From NCBI GenBank assembly GCA_023515725.1, contig JALDTO010000154.1:391484-455483 (forward strand): a stretch of DNA of 64,000 nt, given 5' to 3'. Source of the DNA: Amoeboaphelidium protococcarum X5 (Eukaryota > Fungi > Aphelidiomycota). Position numbers and translations under genes: made by a program. Below are positions 49,020-63,119 of the stretch, piece after piece. The notes under the pieces were generated by a model. It was not told where the DNA came from. It ran no database searches and saw only the letters and a program-made list of their open reading frames with translations. Within the stretch, counting starts at the first letter, position 1, and each line of letters starts with the position of its first letter.

Positions 49020-52000
49020 ATGGGTCAAGAGAATTCGAGTGAAGCTCAACAGCCGTAACAGGGTTCGTAGTTTCAGCCAAGTAATACTCAATAGAAATAA
49101 ACGTCAAGTAGTAGTAATTCATCTCCACTATAGGCCTTGAGGAAATTTGGATCAACACCACAGCTATTGAATGCTCACCATCAAGATACATAGAAGAAGA
49201 ATAAAATTGCGGCAGATTACAAGCTGGGCAAGATCACCTATGATGAGATGCCTGAAGATGCAGTTCTGGACAGGGAAATAGAGCAGGTTGTTATAGAAAT
49301 GGGACTGCCTGGGGAGAAAATTGAAGCTATCAGACAATTATCTCGCGATAAGAAGTTTATGCTGTTGAAGTAGCACAAGACCACTATTGAATTGTTCAAA
49401 ACTCACAAGGCTGGGGAGCAGGCTACGAATTTGAAATCTGTGGATCAATATCTGGCAGCTATTAAGCAGAAAGTTGTGCCTGGTGATCTTCTTAAGGAGT
49501 TGCTGTCACTTGAAGTCGCTCTTAGAACTTTACCGGTGAGCTGGGTCGGTGATTTTATCGCACAGGATGGGATTGGATCTCTACTGACATTATTTAAACA
49601 GATCTGCCTCAAGATCATCAATGATCCACAAGAGAGAGAATGTCAGGTACAGATGATCCGGTGCTTTAAAACTCTTATGAACAATGCAATTGGTCTTAGC
49701 GGCATGATCAATTACCCTTAAGCGATCTCTGTCCTGTCACTAGGATTGGATTGCTCCAATATCAAGATTAAGGCTATGCTTTTAGATCTTTTGGGCGCGG
49801 TGTCTGTTATACCCCCGAATGGCCATCAACTGGTGATTGAAGCTATGGAATACTTTAAAAAGTGTAAATTTGAAAAGTTTAGATTCTACTCAATTGTGCA
49901 GACTTTGCATATTGATGATCTGGACTACCGATTGTCGTGTATGGTATTTTTGAACACTCTGGTCAACTCTCCGGAAGATCTTGAGGTGAGAGTTTAGATT
50001 CGTAATGAGTTCATTGGCCTCAATCTCACAGATGTTATTGACGACTTGAAGGACATTGGATCAAGTGATTTGAATAATCAGATTTAGATTTTTGAGGATG
50101 AAGCTGCCAATGATTTTGCTGATCTAAACCATGATCTTCCTAATTTGGCGTAATTTGATATCAGTGATCATGACTAGCTATTCGCTGCCATCAAGTTGAA
50201 TGTGAATGATGAAGCTACTTATGATTAGTTCCTGAGGGTGATGTAGCAGATCTATGTTATGACTGCTGGCGATTAGACACGCAAGTCGTAGTTTTGGAAA
50301 ATTCTCAACCAAGCTGTCTAGGAGATGGTAATGTAACGTAATGGCCTCCACTTTGACTTTCATAAGTTCAATTTCAAGATTAATCAGCTCATCGAAGGCT
50401 TCGCTAAGGAGGAGTTATTTCAGTAGTAATAAGCTGACTTGGATTCTATGCGAAAGCAGTTGTCCGTATTTGGGAAAGATATGGAGACCGTGTAATCGCT
50501 GTTGATAGAAAGAGAGCAGGAGTTGACTTCCACTAAAGAGTAATTGTCTACGAAATAGGAACAGGTTATTAAATTGGAGAGTGATATCATGGCTCAGTAA
50601 CATAAGATGGAGTTGCAGGCTACAAAGATCCAGGAGTTGAGACACGACCGTAATAAGAATCCCGTTATAGGTGGTAAGATTAGCGTGGATGAGTGGAAGT
50701 TCCCGTCTCAGTTTGATGTTAGTTCGGATTTGAAATCTTTTATCTAAACTTCTATCAATATCAGTATTGAACAGATGAAGGCCTAATAGTAGTAGGCTAT
50801 CAAGAATATTGGAACTTCATTCGCGCGTACCGACTCTGAGCGATCGCTCACTGACACCACCTCTGCCGGCCAAGCGAACAAGGATGGTGTTGATAAGTCG
50901 GGCGGTTCGGGTAGTCAAGATGGCGATTAGGATCAAGAAGATATTTTCGACTCATATGGAGATAGTACAGATGCTGCAGCTCCTCCTCCGCCACCACCTC
51001 CTATGATGAGCCCCAACGCTCCTCCTCCGCCACCCATCCCTGGAATGCCATCCTTAGGCGGTTAATAACAACAGCAGAAGTCGAGACTTATAGCGCAACC
51101 AAAGTCAAAGATGCGTCAAATGCAGTGGGATAAGCTGGCATCAAATAATCTTGGTAGCACTTTTTGGCAACAGTTGCATGATAATGAAATTCTCTAAAAG
51201 TAGTTGGACTTTTCAGAGATTGAGAATACGTTTGGCATAGTGGACAAGGTTGTTGAGAAGAAGAAGGATAGCTCCTCAGAGAAAGAGGTCAAAGTTATTA
51301 ATCTAATAGATGCTAAAAAGTCGTATAACATGTCAATCATGTTGTCTCGCATCAAAATGACATATCCTGAGATTAGATTGGCGATTCTAGGTCTTTCTGA
51401 CGATTTGCTCTCTGAAAGCTTTATTCGATAATTGCTATTGTATATTCCCACGTAAGAAGAGTAGACTATGCTCACTGAGAATTTGGATCAGTACGGCCGG
51501 TTAGGCAAGCCAGAGTAATTTTACATCGAGATTATGAAGATCAGTCGATACGAGCAGAGATTAAAGTCGCTGCTGTTTAAGAGGCATTTCAGCGACAGAG
51601 TTGCAGAGTTGACAAAGCAATTGCAAACGATCTTAAGTGCAAGTAAGGAGATAACTGACAGTCCCAAGTTGCGGCGACTGCTGGAAATAGTACTGTGGAT
51701 AGGTAATTTCATGAATAGTAATTCGTTCAAAGGTAACGCCTTTGGATTCAAAGTCACCACTATAGGAAAGCTGGCTGATATCAGGACTAATGGCAAAGGA
51801 ACATTTCTGAATTACTTGGATACTCTTATCAATAAGCGATTTCTGGAATTGAAGAACTTTGCTGACGAGCTGTCCAGTGTAGATAAGGCGTCCAAGTTGC
51901 AGTTGTAAGCGGTTATGGCAGAGTTTATGGACCTGAAGAGGGGTATGGAAAGTCTTAGAAATGAGGTTGACCTGCACTCAGATAACGATGATCAGAAGGA

Positions 52001-52484
52001 CAAATTCTACTCAGTGATGAAGACCTTCCTGGGCATCAGCTCCGCGCAATACTCTGCATTGGAAAAGTTAAAAACCGACTGCGAGGCGGCAGTTAAGGGA
52101 GTCTATGACTACTTTGGCGAAGAGGACAAGACTCCGATTGAGTCCATCTTCTTGATATTCGCTCAATTCCTGCAGAGCTTTGATAGGGCCCGCAAAGAGA
52201 ATGAACGCGATGAAGAACTGGCGCGTAAAGCTTAAGAGCTCGAGATCATGGAGAAGAAGCGTAAGGAGGAGAGATAGAACAAGTTCAAAGAGCAAGTTCT
52301 AGGTGATACAAATAGGCGCGGTGTCATGGATGATTTGATATCATCACTCAAGAATGGAGAAGTTATGAAGAAGAACGCTGCCGATCGGAGAGAGTATAAG
52401 AGAGAGTCACGTTTACTCAAGTAGGAAAATCAGGCTCTGGACGCTGAGAAGCTGCTGGAGCAACTCCGGTTATAATATTCATGA
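49020..52484 (+). CDS. Diaphanous-related formin (GBD/FH3-FH1-FH2-DAD), 1154 aa
   Basis: LLSLEVALRTLPVSWV and CFKTLMNN (GBD/FH3), polyproline FH1, MRQMQWDKL and LWIGNFMN..GNAFGFK (FH2), GVMDDLISSLKNG (DAD). Confidence 0.95.
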
Positions 52485-52601
52485 TGGGACTACCTTTGAT
52501 GGATGGAGTTACGATGACATTTTGATTTGCAAAGTGTTTAATGATGATTGTATGAAAAAAAAATTGAATAGAGATTTACTATTATCAGAATCAAAGTAAG
52601 A

Positions 52602-53303
52602 TCAAATTTATATTCTAGCGTTTATGATAGGACGATCAGGCCGCGGTGGCCCAGCTCTCGCATTTCCAGTCTTAGTCTTAGCCATCTCCTCCTTGAATGC
52701 CTTTTCCCTGAGCATAATAACCATCTACGATTGCGGATGACGAGCGATACCCATACGACCTCTTCCTTTAATCTGAACCGACTTTGTGTACGGACCGCGT
52801 TCAGTGTACGCAAAAGCAACATAGAACTATTTAGGATCCGCGCGTTATACATCTTAAATTATACGACAGCCTTCTCTCAATGCCCACAAAATCTCAGCGG
52901 TGTATCCTTTCGGAGTGAACATCAACTACAATATAGCCTACTCCACGTCCATACCTTTAATCAGATCAGCGAGCAGATTTAGCTTCTTTGTACTGGTGAA
53001 CAACACGGGCGTCTTACAAATCTACTCCCTAAATCGAGCTCTCACATTAGGCGCCTCGATCGCCGGGCGAGACTTGAGATAAGACTCTGGGATAATCAGA
53101 TTATGCTCGAATTTAGGCTTATCATCTTGCTCTTCTTCTGTTGGAGAGTCTGCATTTGTTGATGACGATTCCTTATTATCCAACGCGTCGTCCTTCTACG
53201 CGACTCCACTAGAACCATAAGATATCACTCGCTTCATAGCACTGAATCGTCCGACAGAGAATTAAATACCAGAAATCCTTTTGAGACTACTATTAATCAG
53301 CAT
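52602..53303 (-). CDS. MRPL22: mitochondrial ribosomal protein uL22m
   Basis: TSTKKLNLLADLIKGMDVEQAILQLMFTPK and KGRGRMGIARHP. Basic N-terminal presequence. Confidence 0.85.
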
Positions 53304-53543
53304 TTCTTTAATTTCAATAATACTATCTATAATAAAGTAATGTAATACCAAAGCGAGTATCTTGACTGATAGATACAAAGAGAACGTCGCTATGGAGCAA
53401 TCAACAAATGAAAAATGAAAAGCGGAAGATTCCTCCGCTTGTTACAACTGTTGGTCACACTTTTTGTGATATAGAATCTAGTTTGAAGGTTCTTGGGATT
53501 TTTGTAGTGGATTAAGATAACAAAAAATTAATAGAAGAATTAA

Positions 53544-53779
53544 ATGGCTGATAGAAGCGATACTATAGCGATAGGAGATCCAGTGCCGGTAGAGTAAAAG
53601 AGGGTCAGTTAGGAAGAAGTTTAGTAGCCAGCGACACAATAAAGTTCCATACTAAAACAAGATGCGGCTGGCCACTCTGATCCAAATGTATATCCATAAA
53701 TGATGTCCAATGGAGTATCTCAACCTACAATCGGTAGAAATAAGCCGATTATCTAGCCTAATATTGGCTCAGGTTAGTC

Positions 53780-53860
<81 letters not shown>

Positions 53861-55673
53861 CTCAGCGCCTGTGATAAATAACAGTCTGCCGTAGCAACAA
53901 CAACTATAACATTAATAATAATCACAACAGTCTACCACTATTTCCTCCTAGGCGTCGTAATAGAAGTAGCCCACTGCGCAATCATCCGCAGCATCTGGCG
54001 GAGTTATGCAAGTTCAAGTCAGTCTTCCAGATGGAGTAAACTTTAAATCTGTGCTCAATTTCGGAGAGATTGCACTGATTAGCGATCTCATAGTGGCGAT
54101 ATGTGCCAAGACCGGTCTAAAGCCATCTAGTGATTATGACCTGGTGGAGATTAAGTCTGATAGCAGCGAGAAGATTATCAAGAGCGAGGATAATGCCTTC
54201 AAGACGGTGATGAAAATCAAAGAGTAAACCAGAAGTCTCGGCGTACGGAAGAAGAAGCCACAGGTGGGGTAGAGGAAAATGAATTTTGTAAGCTCTACTA
54301 GGAATGCATTTGGTAAGTCTATGACTGTGGGGCAGGGATTGGGTAATCTTTTGGTTGGGAGCAATCAGTCGGGTCTGGAGAAGTTGGATCAGGCGGCAGC
54401 TGTAGTAGATGATAAGCCCTCATCGGATCAAGGTAAAGCCAATGTCAATGCTCCAAAGCGACGACTGTCGCTAAGTGAGAATTTTATGAATTGGGCTGGA
54501 TTTAAGTCTAGTGGTTCATCTGGGAAAGAGTAGGAATAGAAGAAAGTTGATGTCCTGCAGGTCCTCTCTACTCCTTCTACGTATGACAACTCAAGCCATA
54601 TCACAAGACTCTCATAGTTGGAGAGGCGCGATGTAATGTAAAATGTGATTCAATATCTGCCTCAGATATTTGAAGGCTGTGATCATAATCTGCAATTCTC
54701 CAAACTGGCTGAGCGATAACGCTTCCTCACCAGGGCCAAGTCTAATGCTTCCATGATGATGGATTTAGCGTCATCCAGAAGTTCCAATTAGGCCCAGGCA
54801 GCGGTTACTTCTTCAGCAAAAGTCTCATAAGAACCACAGAGAGTATTTGGTGTTCCATTGCGTCAAGTCATGGAAAATGAAAGGGAACGCGATCCTACGT
54901 GTAAAGTACCTGCTTTCCTGAAGTAGTCTATTGATTACCTTCTAGATCGCGCACTTCATGTCGAGGGAATCTTCCGTATCAGCGGTGTGTCTAGGAAGGT
55001 GAAAGCCTTGAAAGATGATGTGGATGCTGGCAGGGAGCTCAATCTCTCCACCGTGGATGATTTGAAGCCTCACGATGTCACTGGTATGCTGAAGTAATTT
55101 CTCAGAGAGATGCCGGATCCATTACTGACATACAAACTGTATGATTACTACGTGCAGGCTGCAAAGTTGTTAGACGGTGAAAAGCTGTTATCTGCTTTGA
55201 AACTGATCACGTTCTGTCTACCTAACAGTAATATTCACGTCCTAGAAGCCTTGCTTAAACTTTTGTATAAAGTTGCTGATAACGCAGATGTGAATTAAGA
55301 GTTGGCTTAGTTGAGTAAATCTTCTGCTGCTAATATCAAATCGCATTCCTCTCTAATAGCAAGTAAAGCATCAAAGGATGATGTCTCTGCGTAGATTGCG
55401 GCTCCGATTGAGGAGACAATAGCATCATCCACTGGTGGTAATCATATGAACGCGAATAATCTGTCTATAGTTATCGCACCGAATATTCTTCGCAATAAAG
55501 ATGAGAAGGCTGAGAACTTGCTATATGCTAATGACTCTGTTACGAAAGTGGTGGAGTGCATGATTATGAATGTGGACACTTTATTTCTGGTGCCATATCT
55601 CTTCTTTGTCAGTCTGGACTCTTCAACTAATGCAACGGCATCTACGACTTCAGAGACCTCCAATGGTGTTTGA
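53544..55673 (+). CDS. RhoGAP with polyQ and a ubiquitin-like/RA-type domain (709 aa)
   Basis: VFGVPL, LHVEGIFRISG (Arg finger), HDVTGMLKQFLREMPDPLLT and NHMNANNLSIVIAPNIL. Confidence 0.9.
53781..53858 (+). repeat. (TAG)26 in-frame repeat encoding polyglutamine
   Basis: 26 consecutive TAG codons in the RhoGAP reading frame. Confidence 0.92.
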
Positions 55674-56002
55674 TCTAGTCTCTAATCTGGGGATCAAGTC
55701 GCAGCGTCTTTGGCTGGCAACAGCGGGGATAAATCTGAGTTATCATCGCGATGAAAGTACCTGTTACAGACATGAATTTATGATGAAGAATAAATACGTG
55801 TCTCTAGACTTTTAAGCTATTTCCCTGATAATAATAATAATAATATAAATATATAACTCAAGAAGAATGTAGATACGATATATGAAGAAAAACGACTTAT
55901 TACCGCCACATTAGAGCTAGACTCAATGGTAGATCATTACTATAACAATACTGATAGAATCAGGAAGCCTGTATTATAAGGAGACCCACATGTACCATCT
56001 TA

Positions 56003-56810
56003 TCAACAACATCCGCCAGATCTTCCATCCTGTGCGCCTTCCTAATTCAGATTGACTCGACTTCCTCTCTCATTTTAACCACCAGCACCACCTCTTGGGC
56101 TATCCTTTGGCAGCTTCTTAGCGATGGCAACAAACACCTCATTAACATTCGTACCACTCTTTGCACTAGTCTCCATGAACAGAAGTCCATTCTCCTCAGC
56201 ATACGCCTGAGCCTCTTCCGTGCTCACCACTCTCTTACTGCCGAGATCAACTTTATTCGCCACGAGTGCAATCACAATATTGGGATTAGCCTGTCTCTGC
56301 AACTCTTTAATCCAAGACTTGGCTCTGGTAAAAGTATCAGCATTCGTCAGATCATACACCACCACGGCGGCCTGTGCACCTCGATAATACATTGGCGCCA
56401 GACTGTGATATCTCTCCTATCCTGCAGTGTCCCAAATCTCAAATTTAACCGTAACATCATCCAGCATAACTGTTTGCGTCAAAAAGGCAGCTACATATAT
56501 ATATAAATTATAATGTATACATGATATACAAAAGATTAATATGTCAAGAGATGACAGTGAAATAAATTTACCTCCGATAGTGCTCTCTTAATACTCATGA
56601 AATTGACCCTTGACAAAGCGAAGCACAAGACTAGATTTACCCACAGCGCTTTCACCTACATAAAATATATACGTATTTTAATAAAATAATCATATTCATA
56701 TAACAAATCATACCTAAGAGGACCAGTTTGAATTAAAACATTTTACTAGGGGAATTAGATGCCCCAGTGGACGGAGACTAATTCGTAGCTCTAACTGATG
56801 ACTAGGACAT
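56003..56810 (-). CDS. RAB5: Rab5/Ypt51-family GTPase (2 introns)
   Basis: [57 protein letters not shown] and C-terminal GGCC. Confidence 0.96.
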
Positions 56811-57245
56811 ACTACTAATTTAAATACGTTAATATTTGGATTGAATAAATTCAATAACACTCTCCAACCAACGTGTATGTATGTATGAGGTATAACAGAG
56901 GAATCAATGAATGAATGAGTCAATTAGAGAGAATAAAACTGAAATCTCGTTCACAATATTCAGTAAGAAGAACGACAGAAGAGTCAGTCAGTAAGTCAAA
57001 TCAAATGAACAGAAAGTGAGTGAGATGGACAAGGATCAGACGACGCGACGGAAAACCACGTTTGACTGAACATTCTTTCAAGCTTAGCAAAGCGACGAGC
57101 GTGTGGAGATTTGTGATCGCCTTTGATGTGATCTTGATAATTTGATTACTGTAGTAGCCACTCATTAATTCAACACAAAATTTATCAATTTAAGAATATA
57201 GAATAAAACATTTTTAGAAGAAGCTCTGTTTTATTCATAATATGT

Positions 57246-58316
57246 TCAGCGACCACTGGCCAAAGGTTATTGTTGTTGTTGAGGTGAAGTGGCGGTGACA
57301 GAATTACTGCGAGACTACGCGCCACTCTCATCAACTTCCCCAATGTTTTCCCACACGGGTTCACCAGACTTTTCATCAAAGTTCAATCTATACAGAAATA
57401 CCTTGCTCTCACCCACACTGACACCGAGCACATAACCGCCAGAGCTACTAAACGACACCTTCCACACAGTGTCTGCAAAAGGTTTCGGAGTCAAATTGGA
57501 TCTCTTCCACGTGTGTGTGGCATCATCATACTTCCATATCAGAACAGTCTTATCTGTACTGCCACTGGCAATCAAATCAGTCGGGTTAAATGGTGCCCAT
57601 GCTACATCCCTGACCCAATCCTAATGTCCCTCAAGAGTATGCTCAAGTTCATACTTTTTAGTAGTGGCATTCTATTTCCAAACTTTGACCAAGTTGTCTG
57701 CACCACCAGTGACTAACCTGAATGGATGTGGTGCAGCAGAATCTTGCTAGACTTGCATCAACACTCCATGAGCCTAATTACAATTGTAGGCGGCAGTAAA
57801 GCATCCACCATAATGAGCTTCCACTTCAGTTATGATTCTGAAATTACCAATCTGGGCATCCCACAGGTGTATCACCAGCTTACCATCAGAAGACACGGAG
57901 GCGAATTCAAGAGCTTCAGAATTTTACTGGTTGATAGCAATGGCATTCACAGATGATGACTGCTTATAAACGAAAAACTATTCCCATCTACCATCAGTTG
58001 AAATTGTTTTCTAAGCTCCCACAGACTGAGTAGATTAGCTCTCCTTCCACACGATAACCTTGCCGTCATATCCACCGCTGACGAGAACTGAGCCATGCTG
58101 AGGATGTGCCCACTATACAGACCACACCGGGCCATCGTGCCCTTTGAGAATCTACTTGGAGCTTGCATCCACCTAGTTGTCCGTACTATTAATCTTGTAC
58201 ACATGAATAGACTTGTCTGAAGAGCAGGTGGCTACCCTCTTTCCATAATAGTCAAACTACGCATCATGTATCATATCCTCATGTCCAGCGTCAAATTATG
58301 ATAGCACAGAAGTCAT
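57246..58316 (-). CDS. SEC13: COPII/nucleoporin WD40 protein Sec13
   Basis: [37 protein letters not shown] and GHQDWVRDVAW. Confidence 0.95.
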
Positions 58317-58853
58317 TTTGGATCTAATTAAATTCTTCAGAGAAAATAGAACAGAGATATTATAAAAAAGTAAATCAATTCTTAAAAGAAGTGAACTAAC
58401 AGCTACAATCTATCTGAACAAAAGAAAGAAAAGTTTCAAGTTGGACCATTCCCATCCTTACACTAACAGAAAGTAGTTCAAAGGAACATTTTCTGATTTG
58501 AAACGGTATCAGTGAAACATGAAAAATACAATAATAATAATGAAACATGACTCAACACAGTAATCACATCCAAAACACCGAGTAACATATTACCAGATTC
58601 GTCGTCGAAAGAGTGACGTGCTCGCGTCCACTTGTCATCATCAATAATTATGCCTCGGAAAGGGAACTGAATCGGCCGCGCGGTGTTTCGATCGCCCATT
58701 TTAAATTTCGGCACGAGAAAAATAAAAATTTCTGTTTGATTTCTCTCTTGACCAAATCTGCAGCGCATCTCTTGCACAAATAGAGTAGCATAGTGTCTGT
58801 CTGTCTGTCTGGAGTGCATATATAAATAGCGATACAAGATATTTAATATTGGT

Positions 58854-60332
58854 ATGGAGTCGCCTGTAAGAAATAAGAACATTAAGGATGTTAGCTATAT
58901 CACTCCGCAGTCTTAGCAATTCCAGATGGGTACTTATATGCAGAGTAATCAGTACGTTCCTGTGCAGAGAGTTTCATAGTTATAGTAGTAATCGCAATCT
59001 AGTAACAATGACTCTCAGAGATCTCAAACTGTGCTGGGAATTCCTAATGATCCATCTGCATCGCTGAAATAAAATGGCCTTGAGTTTAAGGATAAATAGC
59101 TGGGTGTAAATAATCATAATCCATTGATGAAGTATATAGCTCTCGGTATTTTGGTAGTGTAGAATACCGCCTTGGTGCTATTGATGCGATACACTCTTAC
59201 TAGTCACAGCGACGCGGATTAGGCGGCTGATAAATATGTTCCATCGGCAGCCGTGTTTTATATGGAGCTAGTGAAGCTTATCACCTGCTTGCTTGTGGTC
59301 TTTGTGAAATCGGCGTCCATTCATAGTTTTGTTAGACTAATGAGATCCGAAATCTGGTCGCAATCAACGCTCCTCCTCATTATACCATCGTTCCTCTATG
59401 CAATTCAGAATAATCTTTTATATCTGGCGTTAAAGCATTTGGAAGCTCCTCTCTTTCAAGTCACGTATCAACTCAAGATATTTACCACTGCAATGTTTAC
59501 CATGATTTATTTCCCGGAGAAGCGTGTCAGTTTCTATGGTCGGAGGGGGATGTACAAATGGTTGGCACTGTTTCTTCTCATGGTTGGTATCTCTTTTGTG
59601 AATATGGGTAGTACCTCATCATCATCTTCCACCTCTTCATCTTCGCCTTCCTCTACTGGCGCTTCCGTCAATTTACAATCTGGCAATACTAAAAGGATTA
59701 ATAGTCGAATAGCGGTTAAGCTTGATACTTTTTAGAAAACAATGGTTGAAGCTGGTGCAAAGTTTTGGAAGCGAGGTGTTGACCTCGTATTGCGGAGAAA
59801 TTCCGAGCTGAGTAATGCAAGTGCATCTGATGATCAACCCACTGGCAATAAATAATAACTCTATCAGAATACTCTATTAGGTATAGGAAGTGTTTTGATG
59901 GCGTGTTTCTCTTCTGGATTCGCCGGAGTTTACTTTGAAAAATAGCTCAAGAAGAGTAATGCTGACATTTGGGTTAGAAATATACAGCTGGGACTTTTCG
60001 GGTCATTCTTCTCATTTATCACCATTCTACTATCTTCTGATGATCTCCATAAATTATAGACTAAAGGCTGGTTCGTGGGCTTTGGTATTAATGAGTGCTT
60101 GGTCGTGTTAAATCAGGCTCTAGGTGGACTGATTGTCGCCATGGTTGTCAAATATGCTGATAACATTCTCAAAGGATTCGCAACTTCAGTATCTATCATA
60201 CTGTCATCTCTGTTGTCCATATTGATATTTGGATTTGTGCCATCTTTCTCTTTTGCTCTAGGTGCATTGCTGGTGATTTTGAGCGTGTGTTTATACGGCT
60301 ACGACGTTCCAACATCTAGTAAATTGAAGTGA
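58854..60332 (+). CDS. nucleotide-sugar transporter, SLC35A/UDP-galactose (Gms1)-like
   Basis: [56 protein letters not shown] and [15 protein letters not shown]. Confidence 0.93.
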
Positions 60333-60647
60333 TTCGTGATTTAGCGCCGCTGTTGACCAGTAGCTTGTAATATAGATTATATGATGATTAATTTATCTTT
60401 CATTCTGGTTTATAGAATTATCATTATATTTAGTCTTTTCTAGCTTATTGTGGCTCCAACAGATCAATCATTATCTAAGACAGGAGATCCTGGCAGTTTC
60501 TTAACTCGTGTCTGCTCTAAGGGGGTTGTTAACGAATCTCGATTTTCCCATTGAGATCAAAACATTTCATCTAACCTCCTTTTCTCTATTATTCTACTCT
60601 TATCTTTAAACCTGTAGTTCAAAATCAAAAAATAGTTGAGCTGTAAA

Positions 60648-60992
60648 ATGAAAGTGCTTTTAAGTATATTGATTCTGATTGCGATGGTTAATGCTGTGCC
60701 TCAAGGTTGGAGATCAATGTTTCGTCGCTTACCGCCAGTGCAGCAATTACGTGATTCTCGCGTCAATTTGCAAAAAAATCAATGGTATGCCATTCAGAAT
60801 TAGAAGGGACATTAGGCTGTGGTTAATCATGAAGAGGCTCAGACTTTGAAGGACCTGGCCCACAAGCAAGACCGCTGGGGAGAGAATTTGAGTCGCTTTA
60901 CTAATTATCCGTTCAAGACTGAGGATAAGGAGCTACAGTCCCTATACTATTCCGATCTCAAGGATGCCACTATATCTAGAATTGCAAAGTGA
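60648..60992 (+). CDS. small secreted hypothetical protein (114 aa)
   Basis: Signal-peptide-like MKVLLSILILIAMVNA-VP. Open to TGA 60990-60992 in table 6. Confidence 0.7.
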
Positions 60993-61081
60993 AATTCAAT
61001 ATACTATTTGTTTTTATTACATTTGAAAATCAAATTCTTTACTTTGTCTCTTTTCTCACGGTGTTTGAACTGGCGAAAATA

Positions 61082-62119
61082 ATGAACTAAAACGCGATTG
61101 ATGTATTTGACAAGTTTCAGCGAAGATTTGGCTTAAGATTACGGGAACGAGATTTATGGAGTGGTATGAAGCTCGAAGAATTAAGAACAAGTGAGGTATA
61201 GTTATTCATCGTGGAGCAGTGCATGTCCAATGTTGATAACTTTTATCAGGCATACTTGCGGCGAGCTTTGAAAAGCTATCTGACTTTGATTGGTGAGGAT
61301 CAAGCGGAAGAGACGTTAACAGAGTCTGTTGCGTAATTGTTTTGCAATGATTCTTAGTCTACTTAAGATAATAATTGGTAGCAATTAGCTTTCTACGTGC
61401 CTGCAGATGGCTTCAGTGGCTCTTGGTCTATATCGAATTGTCGGCGGATTTCGTTACGCGTTTCGAGTGATTTACTGTCTAATGGGTGTACAGGATATTC
61501 GCTGTGGACAGCGTCGAGAGTTTTCGCTGCGTATTGTATTGAGATGCTCCCAGTATTTATCGGATCCGATTTATCTGGCACTTCAGTAAGCATTTTAGAG
61601 CTCGGTTGTGGTGTTGGTCTGGTCGGACTTGTTACTGATCATGTCCTGAGCTATAATGCCAGAGTATCACGTTGGAGTATGGCCCTTCTGGACTGTGACA
61701 CTCAAGTTTTGGAGATTTGCAAGTAGAACATGAACCAAGTTGCCGATGTATCGCGTTACTAGTTTGTGTAATCGGATTTTAATCAGATCGACTCTAGTAC
61801 TGGAAAGATGCTATTTAAAGAGGATGCTTCTCAAGAGTTCATATTTTCATGTGACTGCGCTTATGATCCTTAGTTGGCTCGTTCTTTAATATAAGCGCTT
61901 AAACTGCTTCTATCAAGTCGAACCTCTTGTATTGCCTTCATCTCAGTTGCTATTCGCCGAGAAGATACGTTTCAAATATTTATGGAGGCGATGTAAAAGT
62001 CCCATCTACGGTATGAACGAATTCACCTAAATGAAAAAGTGTTGCATAATGCAGTTGAGGTGTTTGGCGCAGATGAAAGAGAGCTGAATTCCATAGCAAT
62101 GTTTAAAATCTAAAAATGA
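61082..62119 (+). CDS. FAM86/Efm3-like protein lysine methyltransferase (eEF2-KMT family)
   Basis: GCTGYSLWTAS, ILELGCGVGLVG and SCDCAYDP, preceded by a FAM86-like N-terminal region. Confidence 0.8.
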
Positions 62120-62180
62120 AATAAAAATTGAGAACACAATGTATAATATAAGAATTATCCATATTCACCGAGTTCAATGT

Positions 62181-62714
62181 TCAAATGCAGGTAGTTGGTC
62201 TAACACCCAAAAACAATGACTTGTAAGTACGGCTTGGAGCGCGTGCAACACGGTGAGGCAATGGGAATTTGAGCTTAGGATCAATCAACTGCTTCATGAA
62301 TGGTCTACGCAAATCAGCAGCCTTCACCTCAGCCACCTTAATGATGTGGATTGTGTGGAAGCGGGCACGATGACGGCTAGCCATTTCCTGGTAGCAGTTG
62401 TGTACAGCGCCAACACGCGTAGTGCTTCTGTACTCCTTGTACATATTGTGGGTTCCACTTCTACTGTCATAACGCAGCCATACTCCAAAGTTCTTTACAA
62501 AGGTGTCCTTCTCATGAATCTAGTTTACAGACACAATCTCACCATTAGCCTTTTTCACACGCTTCAATTTCTTTAGAAAGTACCAGAAACGCGACTTTGC
62601 CACCACCTCATTAGGAGCGAATAGACGCATACGGTACAGCTTTGGCTGAGGCAGCTTCTCGCTAGGCAGCATACGTCCAACCACCTAATACTCTTTAAAT
62701 CTAGGCTATGACAT
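62181..62714 (-). CDS. RPL20: 60S ribosomal protein eL20 (L18a)
   Basis: [38 protein letters not shown] and KFPLPHR. Confidence 0.97.
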
Positions 62715-63119
62715 TTTGACTGGACTTTATTTATTTTCTTCTGCTGTACAGTTATCAATAACTGAATTGCGAAAGCTGAAAGCGCAAGAAAAATTGAAAT
62801 GATTGGATGAAAGTAACCGAAGCCAACCTTAGAAAATACGCGCTCGATCTATTGCAAAACATTCCACACTGCAAGCCCGCTGCATTGATTAATGACTTAA
62901 GATGTTTCACATGAATCCAATTCTACAGTCCGTCATAGATTCTAGTTCCTATTAAGCAGATCAAATAATATACTAGGATCATTTCCCTTTTAAACCTTTT
63001 TTTCGATGGCACTGTTTTAATCCCCAAGTTTGTAATGCAATTGATCGTGCCCGTTTTGTATACTGAAAACACCGCAAAAGACCGGTGTGTTTTAGCCGAT
63101 TTAACAATTATAGGCGTAA

